From NCBI GenBank assembly GCA_040768745.1, contig JAXGMI010000002.1:96001-160000 (forward strand): 64,000 nucleotides of DNA. Reading direction: 5' to 3'. The stretch is from Desulfomicrobium sp. GTDB taxonomy: Bacteria > Desulfobacterota > Desulfovibrionia > Desulfovibrionales > Desulfomicrobiaceae. How positions within the stretch are numbered: position 1 is the stretch's first letter; each line of letters begins with the position of its first letter. The position numbers were made by a program, and so were the translations under genes. The notes below the pieces were generated by a model. The model saw only the letters and a program-made list of their open reading frames with translations, made no database searches and was not told the DNA's origin. Of the stretch, positions 38,336 through 49,192 are shown one piece after another.

Positions 38336-39319
38336 ATCCCATAGCCCGCCGCCGGCTGCGTGCCTTCCGGGCCAACAGGCGCGCCTTCTGGTCCGTGTGG
38401 ATTTTCCTGTTCATTTTTCTGGTCAGCCTGGGGGCGGAGCTTGTGGCCAACGACCGCCCGCTTCTGGTCCGATACGACGGCGGCTTCTACGCGCCAGTTC
38501 TGATGATATATCCTGAGACCACCTTCGGGGGGGACTTCGAGACCGAGGCCGTGTACCGCGATCCCTACGTCCAGGACCTGATCAACGCCAAAGGCTGGAT
38601 GCTCTGGCCGCCCATCCGCTACAGTTACAAGACCATCAACTACGACCTGCCCGTGCCCGCCCCGGCCCCACCCTCGGCCCAGAACTGGCTGGGCACCGAT
38701 GACCAGGGCCGCGACGTGCTGGCCCGCATCATCTACGGCGTGCGTCTGTCGGTCCTCTTCGGTCTGACCCTGACTCTGGGCAGTTCCCTCATCGGCGTCT
38801 GCGTGGGGGCGGCCCAGGGCTACTACGGAGGGCTGACGGATCTGGCCGGGCAACGCTTCATGGAGATCTGGTCGGGCATGCCCGGCCTGTTCATTCTCAT
38901 CATCCTGGCCTCCATGGTCGAGCCGGGCTTCTGGTGGCTCCTGGCCGTGACCATGCTCTTCTCGTGGATGAGCCTGGTGGACGTGGTCCGGGCCGAGTTC
39001 CTGCGCGGCCGCAACCTCGAGTACGTGCGCGCGGCCAGGGCGCTGGGCCTTTCCGACCGGGTCATCATGTTCCGGCACATCCTGCCCAACGCCATGATTG
39101 CCACCGTGACCTTCCTGCCCTTCATCGTCAGCGGATCCATCACCACGCTCACTTCCCTGGACTTCCTGGGCTTCGGCCTGCCGCCCGGCTCGCCGTCCCT
39201 GGGGGAGCTGCTGGCCCAGGGCAAGAACAACCTGCAGGCCCCCTGGCTCGGCCTCTCGGCCTTCGCCGTGCTCGGCACCATCCTGAGCCTGCTGGTCTTT
39301 ATCGGAGAAGGAGTGCGCG

Positions 39320-39348
<29 letters not shown>
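38332..39348 (+). CDS. yejE: ABC transporter permease (YejE-like)
   Basis: F+[46 protein letters not shown]. Confidence 0.9.
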
Positions 39349-40966
<1,618 letters not shown>

Positions 40967-40977
40967 AGGATCACAGC

Positions 40978-42330
40978 ATGGCCAACCACACAGAGAAATT
41001 CATTTCCCCAGCCTTTCTGCCCGTCTATTTCTTCGCCACGGTCATTCTCCTCGGTGGAGCTCTTCTCCACCATCCCATGAGCCTGCGCGACACCACTGTT
41101 TCGTGGCTGGACGCCATGTTCACTTCGGTTTCAGCCACGTGCGTGACAGGACTGACCGTGGTGGACACGGACTCCTCATATTCGACCACAGGCCAGGCCA
41201 TCATCGCCACCTTGATCCAGATCGGCGGCCTGGGCGTCATGACCTATACCAGTCTGGTCTTCTATCTTTTGCGCAGACGGATTTCCATGACCGACCGCAT
41301 TGCCGTGGGCCAATCCCTGCTGGGGGATCCTGCCTTTCATCTGGGAAAATTTCTGATCCAGATGGTTCTGGTCTGTCTGTGCATCGAGTCGGCCGGAGCC
41401 GTGGCCCTGCATGTGGCCAGTCTGGGCAGGATAGGCTGGTTCAGCGCCTTTTTCCATGCCGTTTCCGCCTTCTGCAACGCCGGATTCGCCCTTTTCCCTG
41501 ACAGTTTGATGGGTTTTGCCGGCAATTTGCCGGTGAATTTCATCATCATGTCCCTTATCATCCTGGGCGGTATCGGCTTCTATGTACTGGTGGAGGTGCC
41601 CGGATATCTCTGCCGCCTGCTGCGCAGGGACCGCGAGGCCAGACTGAGCTGGCAGAGCGCGGTGGTCATCCGCACCAGCGTATGGCTCATAGTGGCTGGC
41701 TGGGCCATATTCTTCTGGACAGAGTCAGAGCAGGGGCAGGCGCACCTGTTTGCCACCCTCCTGCAGACCTTGTTCCAGTCCGTCACTGCCCGCACGGCTG
41801 GATTCAATACCATGGACATCGGGGCCATGACCGACACTGCCCTTTTTGTCATGATCCTGCTCATGGTCATCGGTGGTTCCCCCGCCTCCTGCGCCGGCGG
41901 CATCAAGACCACGACCCTGCGCGTGCTGCTGTCTTTTGGCGTATCCCAGATCAAGGGCCGGGAGCAGGTCGTGGTGGACGGCCACGCCGTGGACAGCACG
42001 ACCCTGAACAAGGCCATGACCCTGTCCATCATGGCCTTTGTGCTCATCCTGTTTTCAGTCTTTGTCCTGACCGTCACCGAGGGCGCCAATGTCTCGCATC
42101 AGATGGTCCGAGGCAAGTTCATCGAGCTTTTTTTCGAGGCCACTTCGGCGTTCGGCACCGTCGGCCTGAGCACCGGTCTGACCCCGCACCTGTCCACCCC
42201 AGGGAAGCTGGTCATCATGCTGCTCATGTTCGTGGGGCGCTTGGGGCCCATTGTCTTTGTGACCATGCTGCAGGCTTGGCAGACCAGGGAACATTTCCGC
42301 AGGGCCGAAAAGAGCATGCTCATCGGGTAA
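40978..42330 (+). CDS. TrkH/KtrB potassium uptake membrane protein
   Basis: SATCVTGL, SAFCNAGF, RTAGF, SAFGTVGLS filter motifs. Confidence 0.93.
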   Translation: MANHTEKFISPAFLPVYFFATVILLGGALLHHPMSLRDTTVSWLDAMFTSVSATCVTGLTVVDTDSSYSTTGQAIIATLIQIGGLGVMTYTSLVFYLLRRRISMTDRIAVGQSLLGDPAFHLGKFLIQMVLVCLCIESAGAVALHVASLGRIGWFSAFFHAVSAFCNAGFALFPDSLMGFAGNLPVNFIIMSLIILGGIGFYVLVEVPGYLCRLLRRDREARLSWQSAVVIRTSVWLIVAGWAIFFWTESEQGQAHLFATLLQTLFQSVTARTAGFNTMDIGAMTDTALFVMILLMVIGGSPASCAGGIKTTTLRVLLSFGVSQIKGREQVVVDGHAVDSTTLNKAMTLSIMAFVLILFSVFVLTVTEGANVSHQMVRGKFIELFFEATSAFGTVGLSTGLTPHLSTPGKLVIMLLMFVGRLGPIVFVTMLQAWQTREHFRRAEKSMLIG

Positions 42331-42339
42331 GGAGGAACT

Positions 42340-43002
42340 ATGCAGAAACTCAAGAAATATGAATTCGGCATCATTGGACTGGGTAAATTCGGCATGAGCC
42401 TGGGCCGGGCCTTGCGCAGTCACGGTCAGGTTGTGGTGGGGGTGGACAGCGATCCCGAGAAGGTCAAGACCGCAGCCGAGATTCTGACTCAGGCCTTCCA
42501 GGCTGAAGCCATGGACAAAACGGCATTGCAGCAGCTGGGGTTTGCCGACTTCAGTGAGGTTATCGTCAGTACAGGCCATTCCATGGAGGCGAGCATCCTC
42601 ATCACTCTTTTTTTGAAGGAATTGGGGTGCCCCAGAGTCACGGTCAAGGCGATCAGCCGGGATCATGAAAAAGTCCTGCGCAAGGTCGGGGCCGATGAAG
42701 TCATTTTTCCCGAACGCTACGCTGCAGAACAGCTGGCGGCCAAGTTGGCCGTGCCGGGCCTCATCGACTACCTTCCCCTGGGGTACAATGTCATTCTGAA
42801 GGAACTGACCGTGGAGCGCTGGACCGGCAAGACCCTGCGTGAACTCAATCTGACCAACGCCTTCGGACTGCAGGTCGTGGCGGTGAGGATCGAAGGGGAG
42901 AAGCAATTCGAGTTTGTACCCCGGGCCGACCGTCCCCTGCAACGTGGTGACATCCTGGCAGTCATCGGCAAAAGTGAAAATTTGGTGGGTTTGAACCCCT
43001 GA
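42340..43002 (+). CDS. TrkA/KtrA RCK regulatory subunit
   Basis: IIGLGKFG, GADEVIFPE, C-terminal RCK-C domain. Confidence 0.92.
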   Translation: MQKLKKYEFGIIGLGKFGMSLGRALRSHGQVVVGVDSDPEKVKTAAEILTQAFQAEAMDKTALQQLGFADFSEVIVSTGHSMEASILITLFLKELGCPRVTVKAISRDHEKVLRKVGADEVIFPERYAAEQLAAKLAVPGLIDYLPLGYNVILKELTVERWTGKTLRELNLTNAFGLQVVAVRIEGEKQFEFVPRADRPLQRGDILAVIGKSENLVGLNP

Positions 43003-43017
43003 ACAGCGGGATTGCAT

Positions 43018-43449
43018 ATGCCACGCATGCAGATTGACCTTCCCGAGGCCTGGCTGTTCCGGACTCGACTGACCGTGCGCGTCGGGGACGTGAACTACGG
43101 CGGTCACCTGGGCAACGACCGGGTGCTGGGGCTCGTGCACGAGGCGCGGGTGCGGTGGCTGGCGTCCTGCGGGCTGTCCGAGAAGGACGTGGGCGGGCCG
43201 GGGCTCATCATGGCCGACGCGGCCCTGGCCTTCCGCGGCGAGGCTTTTCTGGGGGACGAACTGGAGGTCGAGCTGGGCGCGACGGACGTGCGGCGCTCGG
43301 GGTTTGGGCTCGTGTACCGGCTGCGCCGGGTGGGCGACGGGGCAGACATCGCCCTGGTTTCAACGGGCATGGTCTGCTTCGACTACGCGGTGCGCAGGGT
43401 GGCGCGGGTGCCCGAAGCTTTCGCCCGGCTGCTCGGGGCAGGGTCGTGA
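43018..43449 (+). CDS. 4HBT-like thioesterase
   Basis: VRVGDVNYGGHLGND..HEAR. Confidence 0.88.
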   Translation: MPRMQIDLPEAWLFRTRLTVRVGDVNYGGHLGNDRVLGLVHEARVRWLASCGLSEKDVGGPGLIMADAALAFRGEAFLGDELEVELGATDVRRSGFGLVYRLRRVGDGADIALVSTGMVCFDYAVRRVARVPEAFARLLGAGS

Positions 43450-44894
43450 TGCGCTGCCGGATCAGCCACAAGCTCTTTCTCTCGGAAATGCCAGAGGCCG
43501 TGAAAGAAAAGGTCATGGCCGAGCTGACCCTGGAGAACCCCAAGTGGCTCGAGAACCTGAAGATGGGGCGCACCAATTTCCGGGTCGCCCGTCACCTGAA
43601 ATACTACTCCACGCGCACATGCGGGGGGCTCATCGTGCCGCGCGGCTATGGCGAACGCCTGGCCCGTATCTGCGAAGACCTGGACGAAAAGGTGGAGTAC
43701 GAGGACCAGCGCCGCAGTCTGCCCGAGGTGGACTTCTCCTTCACCGGCGAGCTGCGCCCCTACCAGAGCGCGGCCTGCCAGGCCATGCTCCGCCGCCGCT
43801 TCGGCACCCTCTGCGCTCCCACCGGAGCGGGCAAGACCGTGTGCGGCCTGTACCTCGTCGCCGCCCGCCGCCAGCCGGCCTTGGTGGTCGTGCACACCCG
43901 GGACCTGGCCATGCAGTGGGTGGAGCGCATCGAGCAGTTTTTGGGCATCCCGGCCCGCGAGGTCGGCATGATCGGCAGCGGACAGAGTCGCCTGGGCGAG
44001 CGGGTCACAGTGGCCACGGTCCAATCGGTCTACGCCCGGGCCAAGGAACTGAAGAAACGTATCGGGCATCTCGTGGTTGACGAATGCCACCGAGCTCCGA
44101 GCCGGACCTTCACGGCCGCCGTGACGGCCTTTGACAGTGTCTACTCCCTTGGCCTCTCGGCCACGCCCTACCGCCGCGACGGGCTGACCCAGCTCATCTT
44201 CTGGCACCTGGGCGGGATGCACGCCCGCATCGACGCCGAGGACCTCATGGGCAGCGGGGCCATCCTGCGCCCGGAGATATGCATCCGCCACACGGACTTC
44301 CACACCCGCCGCGACTCCACCGAGGAATACGCCCAGATCATCGCCGATCTGACCGCGGACAGGGCGCGCAACGAGCTCATCGTCGACGAGGTCGGCCGCG
44401 AGGTGCACGGCGGCAGCGGCGTCGCCCTGGTCCTGTCCGACCGTAAGGGGCATTGCCGCGAGCTGCGGGCGCTGCTGTCCGAACGCCACGGCATCTCAGG
44501 CACGGTCTTGACGGGCGACACCCCCCTGCCCGAACGCAAGGACTTGGTCGCGCGCATCCAGGAAGGCCGCGAACAGGTCGTCTTCGCCACGGGGCAGCTC
44601 ATCGGCGAGGGCTTCGACGCCAGCAACCTGACCTCCCTCTTTCTGGCCACCCCGGTCAAGTTCAGCGGTCGCCTCATCCAGTATCTGGGCCGTGTCCTGC
44701 GACCGTGTGCAGGAAAAGTTCAACCGAAGGTTTATGATTTTGTGGACAATCGCGTGGGAGTCCTGGAGTCAGCGGGCAGGGCGAGAGGACTGGTCTACGC
44801 GGAGCTTGGAACGCAGAATGAGAAAGGTTGCGGATCTCAGGCAGAACACCGGATGGATACCGAACAGGACCGGCAAGAGACCGGTGACTGGTAA
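43449..44894 (+). CDS. SF2 DExH helicase (ResIII/SSL2-like)
   Basis: LRPYQ, APTGAGKT, DECH, SAT, EGFD, QYLGRVLR. Confidence 0.9.
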   Translation: MRCRISHKLFLSEMPEAVKEKVMAELTLENPKWLENLKMGRTNFRVARHLKYYSTRTCGGLIVPRGYGERLARICEDLDEKVEYEDQRRSLPEVDFSFTGELRPYQSAACQAMLRRRFGTLCAPTGAGKTVCGLYLVAARRQPALVVVHTRDLAMQWVERIEQFLGIPAREVGMIGSGQSRLGERVTVATVQSVYARAKELKKRIGHLVVDECHRAPSRTFTAAVTAFDSVYSLGLSATPYRRDGLTQLIFWHLGGMHARIDAEDLMGSGAILRPEICIRHTDFHTRRDSTEEYAQIIADLTADRARNELIVDEVGREVHGGSGVALVLSDRKGHCRELRALLSERHGISGTVLTGDTPLPERKDLVARIQEGREQVVFATGQLIGEGFDASNLTSLFLATPVKFSGRLIQYLGRVLRPCAGKVQPKVYDFVDNRVGVLESAGRARGLVYAELGTQNEKGCGSQAEHRMDTEQDRQETGDW

Positions 44895-44982
44895 GACCAG
44901 CGGTGTTGCCCGGTGGTCTGCATTTCCGGCATCCCTTCACCCGTGGTGCGTTTGCAGCCTTGAACCTGAACCCTAAAACGGC

Positions 44983-45495
44983 ATGTGGTTTTACGGTATG
45001 ACGTCATATACAACGCAAAAGCAGATCATCGGTCTTGTTGCCTGGCTCGCTGTCACTTTCGTTGCGGCAGGCATTGGTGGCGCCGCATCCATTGAGGCCG
45101 GTTCGTTCTATGCTCAACTGGTGCGGCCTGGCTGGGCACCCCCAGCAACGGTTTTTGGGCCGGTTTGGACCATTCTGTATTGCCTGATGGGTATCGCCGT
45201 GTGGCTGGTCTGGCGGGCAGACGGATTTCGTGTAGCCACACCCGCCCTGGCTTTGTTTCTCGTGCAACTCACACTCAATGCGCTGTGGACCTGGTTGTTT
45301 TTTGCGTGGAACTGCGGCGCATTGGCCTTCGCTGAGATCCTTCTCCTGTGGACGTTGGTCCTCGCAACCCTGGTCTCTTTCTGGCGGATCAGGCCATTGG
45401 CCGGCGCGTTGCTTGTTCCGTATCTGCTGTGGGTCAGTTTCGCTGCCACACTCAACTACGCTGTGTGGCAACTCAATCCGCAAGTTCTGGGGTAA
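44983..45495 (+). CDS. TspO/MBR tryptophan-rich sensory protein
   Basis: PGWAPP..VFGPVWTILY, QL.LNALW..LFF, PYLLWVSFA..LN. Confidence 0.92.
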   Translation: MWFYGMTSYTTQKQIIGLVAWLAVTFVAAGIGGAASIEAGSFYAQLVRPGWAPPATVFGPVWTILYCLMGIAVWLVWRADGFRVATPALALFLVQLTLNALWTWLFFAWNCGALAFAEILLLWTLVLATLVSFWRIRPLAGALLVPYLLWVSFAATLNYAVWQLNPQVLG

Positions 45496-45563
45496 TGCGT
45501 AAGCGCTCAGGCATCCGCATCTTCCTGGGACGTGCCTGTGATGTGTGATATGAGCAGAAGTCT

Positions 45564-47117
45564 TTACTTTTTGCGAGGCTTGGGCTTGGGAAGGCTTGGG
45601 AGAAGGGATTTGTCCACGTGCTGCGGCATGAGCGCCCGCATGTCTTCCGTGGTCCGTGCTGCGGGGAAGCGTTCGAAGAGGAATTTCAGGTAGGCTTGGG
45701 GCTCGATCTCGTTGGCCTTGGCGGTTTCCACCAGGGAAAAGAGCATGGCGCTGGCGTCAGCGCCCTTGGGGACTCCGGCAAAGAGCCAGTTCTTCCGGCC
45801 CAGGGCCACGGGGCGGATGGCGTTCTCGGCCGTGTTGTTGTCGGGCGTGAGCAATCCGCAGTCCACGTAGCGCACGGCCCGGCTCCACTGGTTTCGGGCG
45901 TAGGTCATGGCCTGTCCGAGCAGGCTTTTGGGCGGGACGTGGTCGATGCGCTCGTCGAGGATGGCCCGTATTGCGTTGAGGATGGGAACTGCTTGCTCCA
46001 AGCGCATTGGTACCTTTTCCTCCGGCTCCAGTTCTTTGATATTGTGCTCGACCTTGTAGAGCAGACCGATGAGATCCAGGATTTCCTTGGCCGTCCCGTG
46101 CGTGATCTTCTTTGAGGTCGCTTTCTGGACGTCCATGAACTTACGACGGATGTGGGCCATGCAACCGACATGGATGATGCCGTCCGATTCGCCGAGAGCC
46201 TGGTACCCGGAGTAGCCGTCGGTCTGGATGTAGCCCTTGTACTCGCCCAGATACTCCTTGGGGACAGAGCCCGACCTGGTCGGGTCGTAGCAATAGACCA
46301 CGGTCGGCCGATCTGGATTGCCGCCACGGAAGAGCCACAGATACGATGTGGAAGTATCGGATCGCCCTGGTTCGTTGAGTACTTGCAGTGTGGTTTCGTC
46401 CATGTTGATGACCGGGCCGGAGCGGATTTCCGCCTGGAACAGTTCATGGAGCGGCTCCAGCGCCTTGGCCACGGCCATGGCCCATCCGGACATGGAATGA
46501 CGCGGGATGTCCACGCCCAAGCGGGCAAACTGCTTGGTCTGGCGGTAGAACGGCATGGCATCGACGAACTTGGCGGTAATGACCTGGGCCAAGAGGCTCG
46601 GCGTGGCGATGCCCTTGGGGATGATCTGCGGCGGCATGGGTGCGATACGCACCACCGGCATACCCTCCTCTCCGTCGCAGGCCGGACAGGCGTACTTCGG
46701 GCGGATATGGCGTTCTACCCGCATGACGGCCGGGACGTAATCGAGCTTTTCGGAGACTTCTTCGCCGATGCGCTTCAGGCAGGCTCCGCAAGAGCAGAGT
46801 TTCTGGTCTTCGGGCAGATCGTGAACGACTTCGATGCGCGGCAGGTGATCCGGCAGAGGCTTGCGTCCCCGCTTGGCTCTGGTGTGGGCCGGGACTTCGA
46901 CGACGGGCATTTCCGCAGGCTTCGCCTCTGCGATCCTAACCAAGGGCAGAGGTAGGATGCCTTGGTAGAGGTCTTTGGATTTCTCGGACTTGGGAGCATA
47001 CAGGGCGGCCTGCAACAGGGCCACGCGATCCTGGAGATGGCGGTTTTGCTGGTAGTAATCCCAGACCAGATGCTTGAGTTGCCCGATGTCATCGGGAAGG
47101 TTCTCGATGTCTCCCAT
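45564..47117 (-). CDS. tnpC: IS66 transposase TnpC
   Basis: RKPLP.HLPR, zinc finger, DETT, TDGY..Y, C.AH.RRKF, DNN.AENAIR...LGRKNWLF. Confidence 0.93.
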   Translation of the reverse strand: MGDIENLPDDIGQLKHLVWDYYQQNRHLQDRVALLQAALYAPKSEKSKDLYQGILPLPLVRIAEAKPAEMPVVEVPAHTRAKRGRKPLPDHLPRIEVVHDLPEDQKLCSCGACLKRIGEEVSEKLDYVPAVMRVERHIRPKYACPACDGEEGMPVVRIAPMPPQIIPKGIATPSLLAQVITAKFVDAMPFYRQTKQFARLGVDIPRHSMSGWAMAVAKALEPLHELFQAEIRSGPVINMDETTLQVLNEPGRSDTSTSYLWLFRGGNPDRPTVVYCYDPTRSGSVPKEYLGEYKGYIQTDGYSGYQALGESDGIIHVGCMAHIRRKFMDVQKATSKKITHGTAKEILDLIGLLYKVEHNIKELEPEEKVPMRLEQAVPILNAIRAILDERIDHVPPKSLLGQAMTYARNQWSRAVRYVDCGLLTPDNNTAENAIRPVALGRKNWLFAGVPKGADASAMLFSLVETAKANEIEPQAYLKFLFERFPAARTTEDMRALMPQHVDKSLLPSLPKPKPRKK

Positions 47118-47164
47118 GCAAGAATATTTAGCAATAATATCTTGAAATAGCAAGATATTTGTCA

Positions 47165-47515
47165 CTATAGAACCGATCTGTAGTACAACCGCTGATGTGC
47201 TCCTTGCGGCGTGAGCGTGAGTCCATCGAGGAGCCAGCCAAGCTGTTGCGGGGTGATATTCATGACCTCTGACGCCCGCTCGGGCCAGCAGAATCGATGC
47301 TTCTCCAGGCGCTTGTGCCAGAGGCAGAAGCCGTTGCGATCCCAGTACAGCACCTTGATGGCGTCGCGCCTGCGGTTGCAGAAGACAAAGAGGTGTCCGG
47401 AAAAGGGGTCCAGATCGAGAATGCCCTGGGCCGTCATGCTCAGTCTGTCGATGCCGGCGCGCATGTCCGTGGTACCGGGGGCGAGATAGACCTTGGCCGC
47501 GGGCACCCTCAGCAT
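47165..47515 (-). CDS. tnpB: IS66 accessory protein TnpB
   Basis: TDMR.GID.L, FVFCNRRRD.IK.LYWD..GF.LW.KRLE. Confidence 0.93.
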   Translation of the reverse strand: MLRVPAAKVYLAPGTTDMRAGIDRLSMTAQGILDLDPFSGHLFVFCNRRRDAIKVLYWDRNGFCLWHKRLEKHRFCWPERASEVMNITPQQLGWLLDGLTLTPQGAHQRLYYRSVL

Positions 47516-47835
47516 CGGGCTTCCAGCACGGTCAGCAGCTTGGTCAGCGTGGCTTCGTCGAAGTCAGCCGGGATATCGAGAGCGTAACGCTTACCGACCA
47601 GCAGGCCAATGGACGGGGCTTTCGAGGCGAACGTAAGCGGCAACGCCACAAGAGCAGGAATTGAGGTGGATTCGCCACCAGAAGATGATCGGGACTTTGT
47701 TATCCAGTATTGGAACGTGCTCAAAGCCAAACCATTTTCGCGACAGTATCGGGTCTTGCCGAGGCCACTCTCCCGCCATTGCCGGACATGCGCCATCCAG
47801 CGTGCCGCGTGATTCTGTGCAAATTGAGATTTCAT
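47509..47835 (-). CDS. tnpA: IS66 accessory protein TnpA
   Basis: AAGGAGG RBS; W..HV..WRESGL....YCRENGL..STF.YW. Confidence 0.88.
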   Translation of the reverse strand: MKSQFAQNHAARWMAHVRQWRESGLGKTRYCRENGLALSTFQYWITKSRSSSGGESTSIPALVALPLTFASKAPSIGLLVGKRYALDIPADFDEATLTKLLTVLEARC

Positions 47836-48150
47836 GAAGACCTCCTTGAATTGGAGGCCCATTATCTCACATGAAAAATTTATGGATAGATGCGGACAGG
47901 TGAGCGCTTACGGGGTAATGCAGCCGCTGTCTGAGGCCTCATCAGCGAACGCGGTATTTTCATGACAGGCTGATTTTGTTGTTGCCTGCGTTGCCATTGG
48001 TTTTGTTGCGCGCTGATCAGCGAAATGCAGGGCGGTGTTTCGGGCATTTCTGACGTGGCGGGTTTGGAGAACGGTCTGGTGCAAGCGTTGGCTGGTCCAC
48101 AATGCCGGACCTGTGCCCAGCGATGGCAGGGTGCGCCGCAGGCTTTGGAA

Positions 48151-48194
48151 ACAAAAACGCCTCCGCCCATATGCCTGGGTCGAGGCGCTTTTGT
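48151..48194 (-). terminator. Terminator after glpX
   Basis: Minus strand GCGCCTCGACCCA-loop-TGGGCGGAGGCG followed by TTTTTGT. Confidence 0.65.
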
Positions 48195-48210
48195 GGGATT
48201 CTGCTGGGGA

Positions 48211-49191
48211 TCAGTACTTGATGGAGGAGAAACGCAACAGTTTGTTCCATTGGTGGGTGGACGTGATGCGGCGGATGGTCCCGGTCTTCCCCCGCAGGAC
48301 CAGGGAATGGGTGGTGGCTCCAGTGCCGGTGTATTCGACGCCCCCCAGGAAGGTGCCCCCGGAGATGCCCGTGGCCGCGAAAAAGACGTTTTCATCTCGG
48401 ACCAGGGTGTCCGTACTCAGCACCTCATCCAGATCCAGGCCAAAATCGAGCACCCGTTTGCGTTCTTCGTCTGACTGCGGATCGAACTTGGCCAGGATCT
48501 CCCCACCCAAAGCCTTGATGGCGCAGGCCGCGAGAACTCCCTCCGGGGTTCCGCCAGTGCCCAGCATCATATCCACGGATGAGGAAGGGTCCACGGCCAT
48601 GAGAGCCCCGGCCACGTCGCCATCTGTGTGCAGCTGGATGCGCGCCCCGGCGACGCGGATCTGCGCGATGAGATCCTTGTGCCGGGTTTTGTCCAGCACA
48701 AAGACAACCAGATCCTCGACCTTCTTGCCCAAGGCCGTGGCTGTGGCCTTCAGATTGTGGGCCACAGGCGCATTGATATCCACCACGCCCCTTGCTGGTG
48801 CGGGAACAACCAGTTTTTTCATGTAATAGCTGGGCCCTGGGTTGAACATGGTCCCGGCCGGGGCCAGCCCAACCACGGCGATGGCGTTGGGCCGTCCGTA
48901 GGCCAGGAGATTTGTTCCCTCCACCGGATCGACGGCCACGTCCACGGCCGCTCCCCGGCCCGTGCCCACCCGTTCGCCGTTGTAGAGCATGGGGGCCTCG
49001 TCCTTTTCCCCTTCGCCAATCACGATACGTCCATCGATATCCAGGGTGTTGAAGGACAGGCGCATGGCGTCCACGGCTGCACCGTCCCCTTCGTTCTTGG
49101 CCCCCTTGCCCAGCCAGCGTGCCGAAGCCAGGGCCGCTGCTTCCGTGACCCGGACCAGATCCAAGGCCAGATTGCGTTGTGGAGCTTCCAT
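48211..49191 (-). CDS. glpX: Class II fructose-1,6-bisphosphatase
   Basis: RVTEAAA, VIGEGEKDEAPML, AVDPVEGT, DGDV, GGTPEGV. Confidence 0.95.
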   Translation of the reverse strand: MEAPQRNLALDLVRVTEAAALASARWLGKGAKNEGDGAAVDAMRLSFNTLDIDGRIVIGEGEKDEAPMLYNGERVGTGRGAAVDVAVDPVEGTNLLAYGRPNAIAVVGLAPAGTMFNPGPSYYMKKLVVPAPARGVVDINAPVAHNLKATATALGKKVEDLVVFVLDKTRHKDLIAQIRVAGARIQLHTDGDVAGALMAVDPSSSVDMMLGTGGTPEGVLAACAIKALGGEILAKFDPQSDEERKRVLDFGLDLDEVLSTDTLVRDENVFFAATGISGGTFLGGVEYTGTGATTHSLVLRGKTGTIRRITSTHQWNKLLRFSSIKY

Positions 49192-49192
49192 A

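Larger units (their letters stand above)
45499..47911 (-). mobile_element. IS66-family insertion sequence
   Basis: IRs GTAAGCGCTCA....TCCGCATCT at both ends; direct repeat GGGGTAATGC at 45489-45498 and 47912-47921; tnpA-tnpB-tnpC. Confidence 0.95.

Noticed and set aside
47922..48150. Short ORFs between IS66 and glpX
   Set aside because: No motifs or RBS; probably intergenic.
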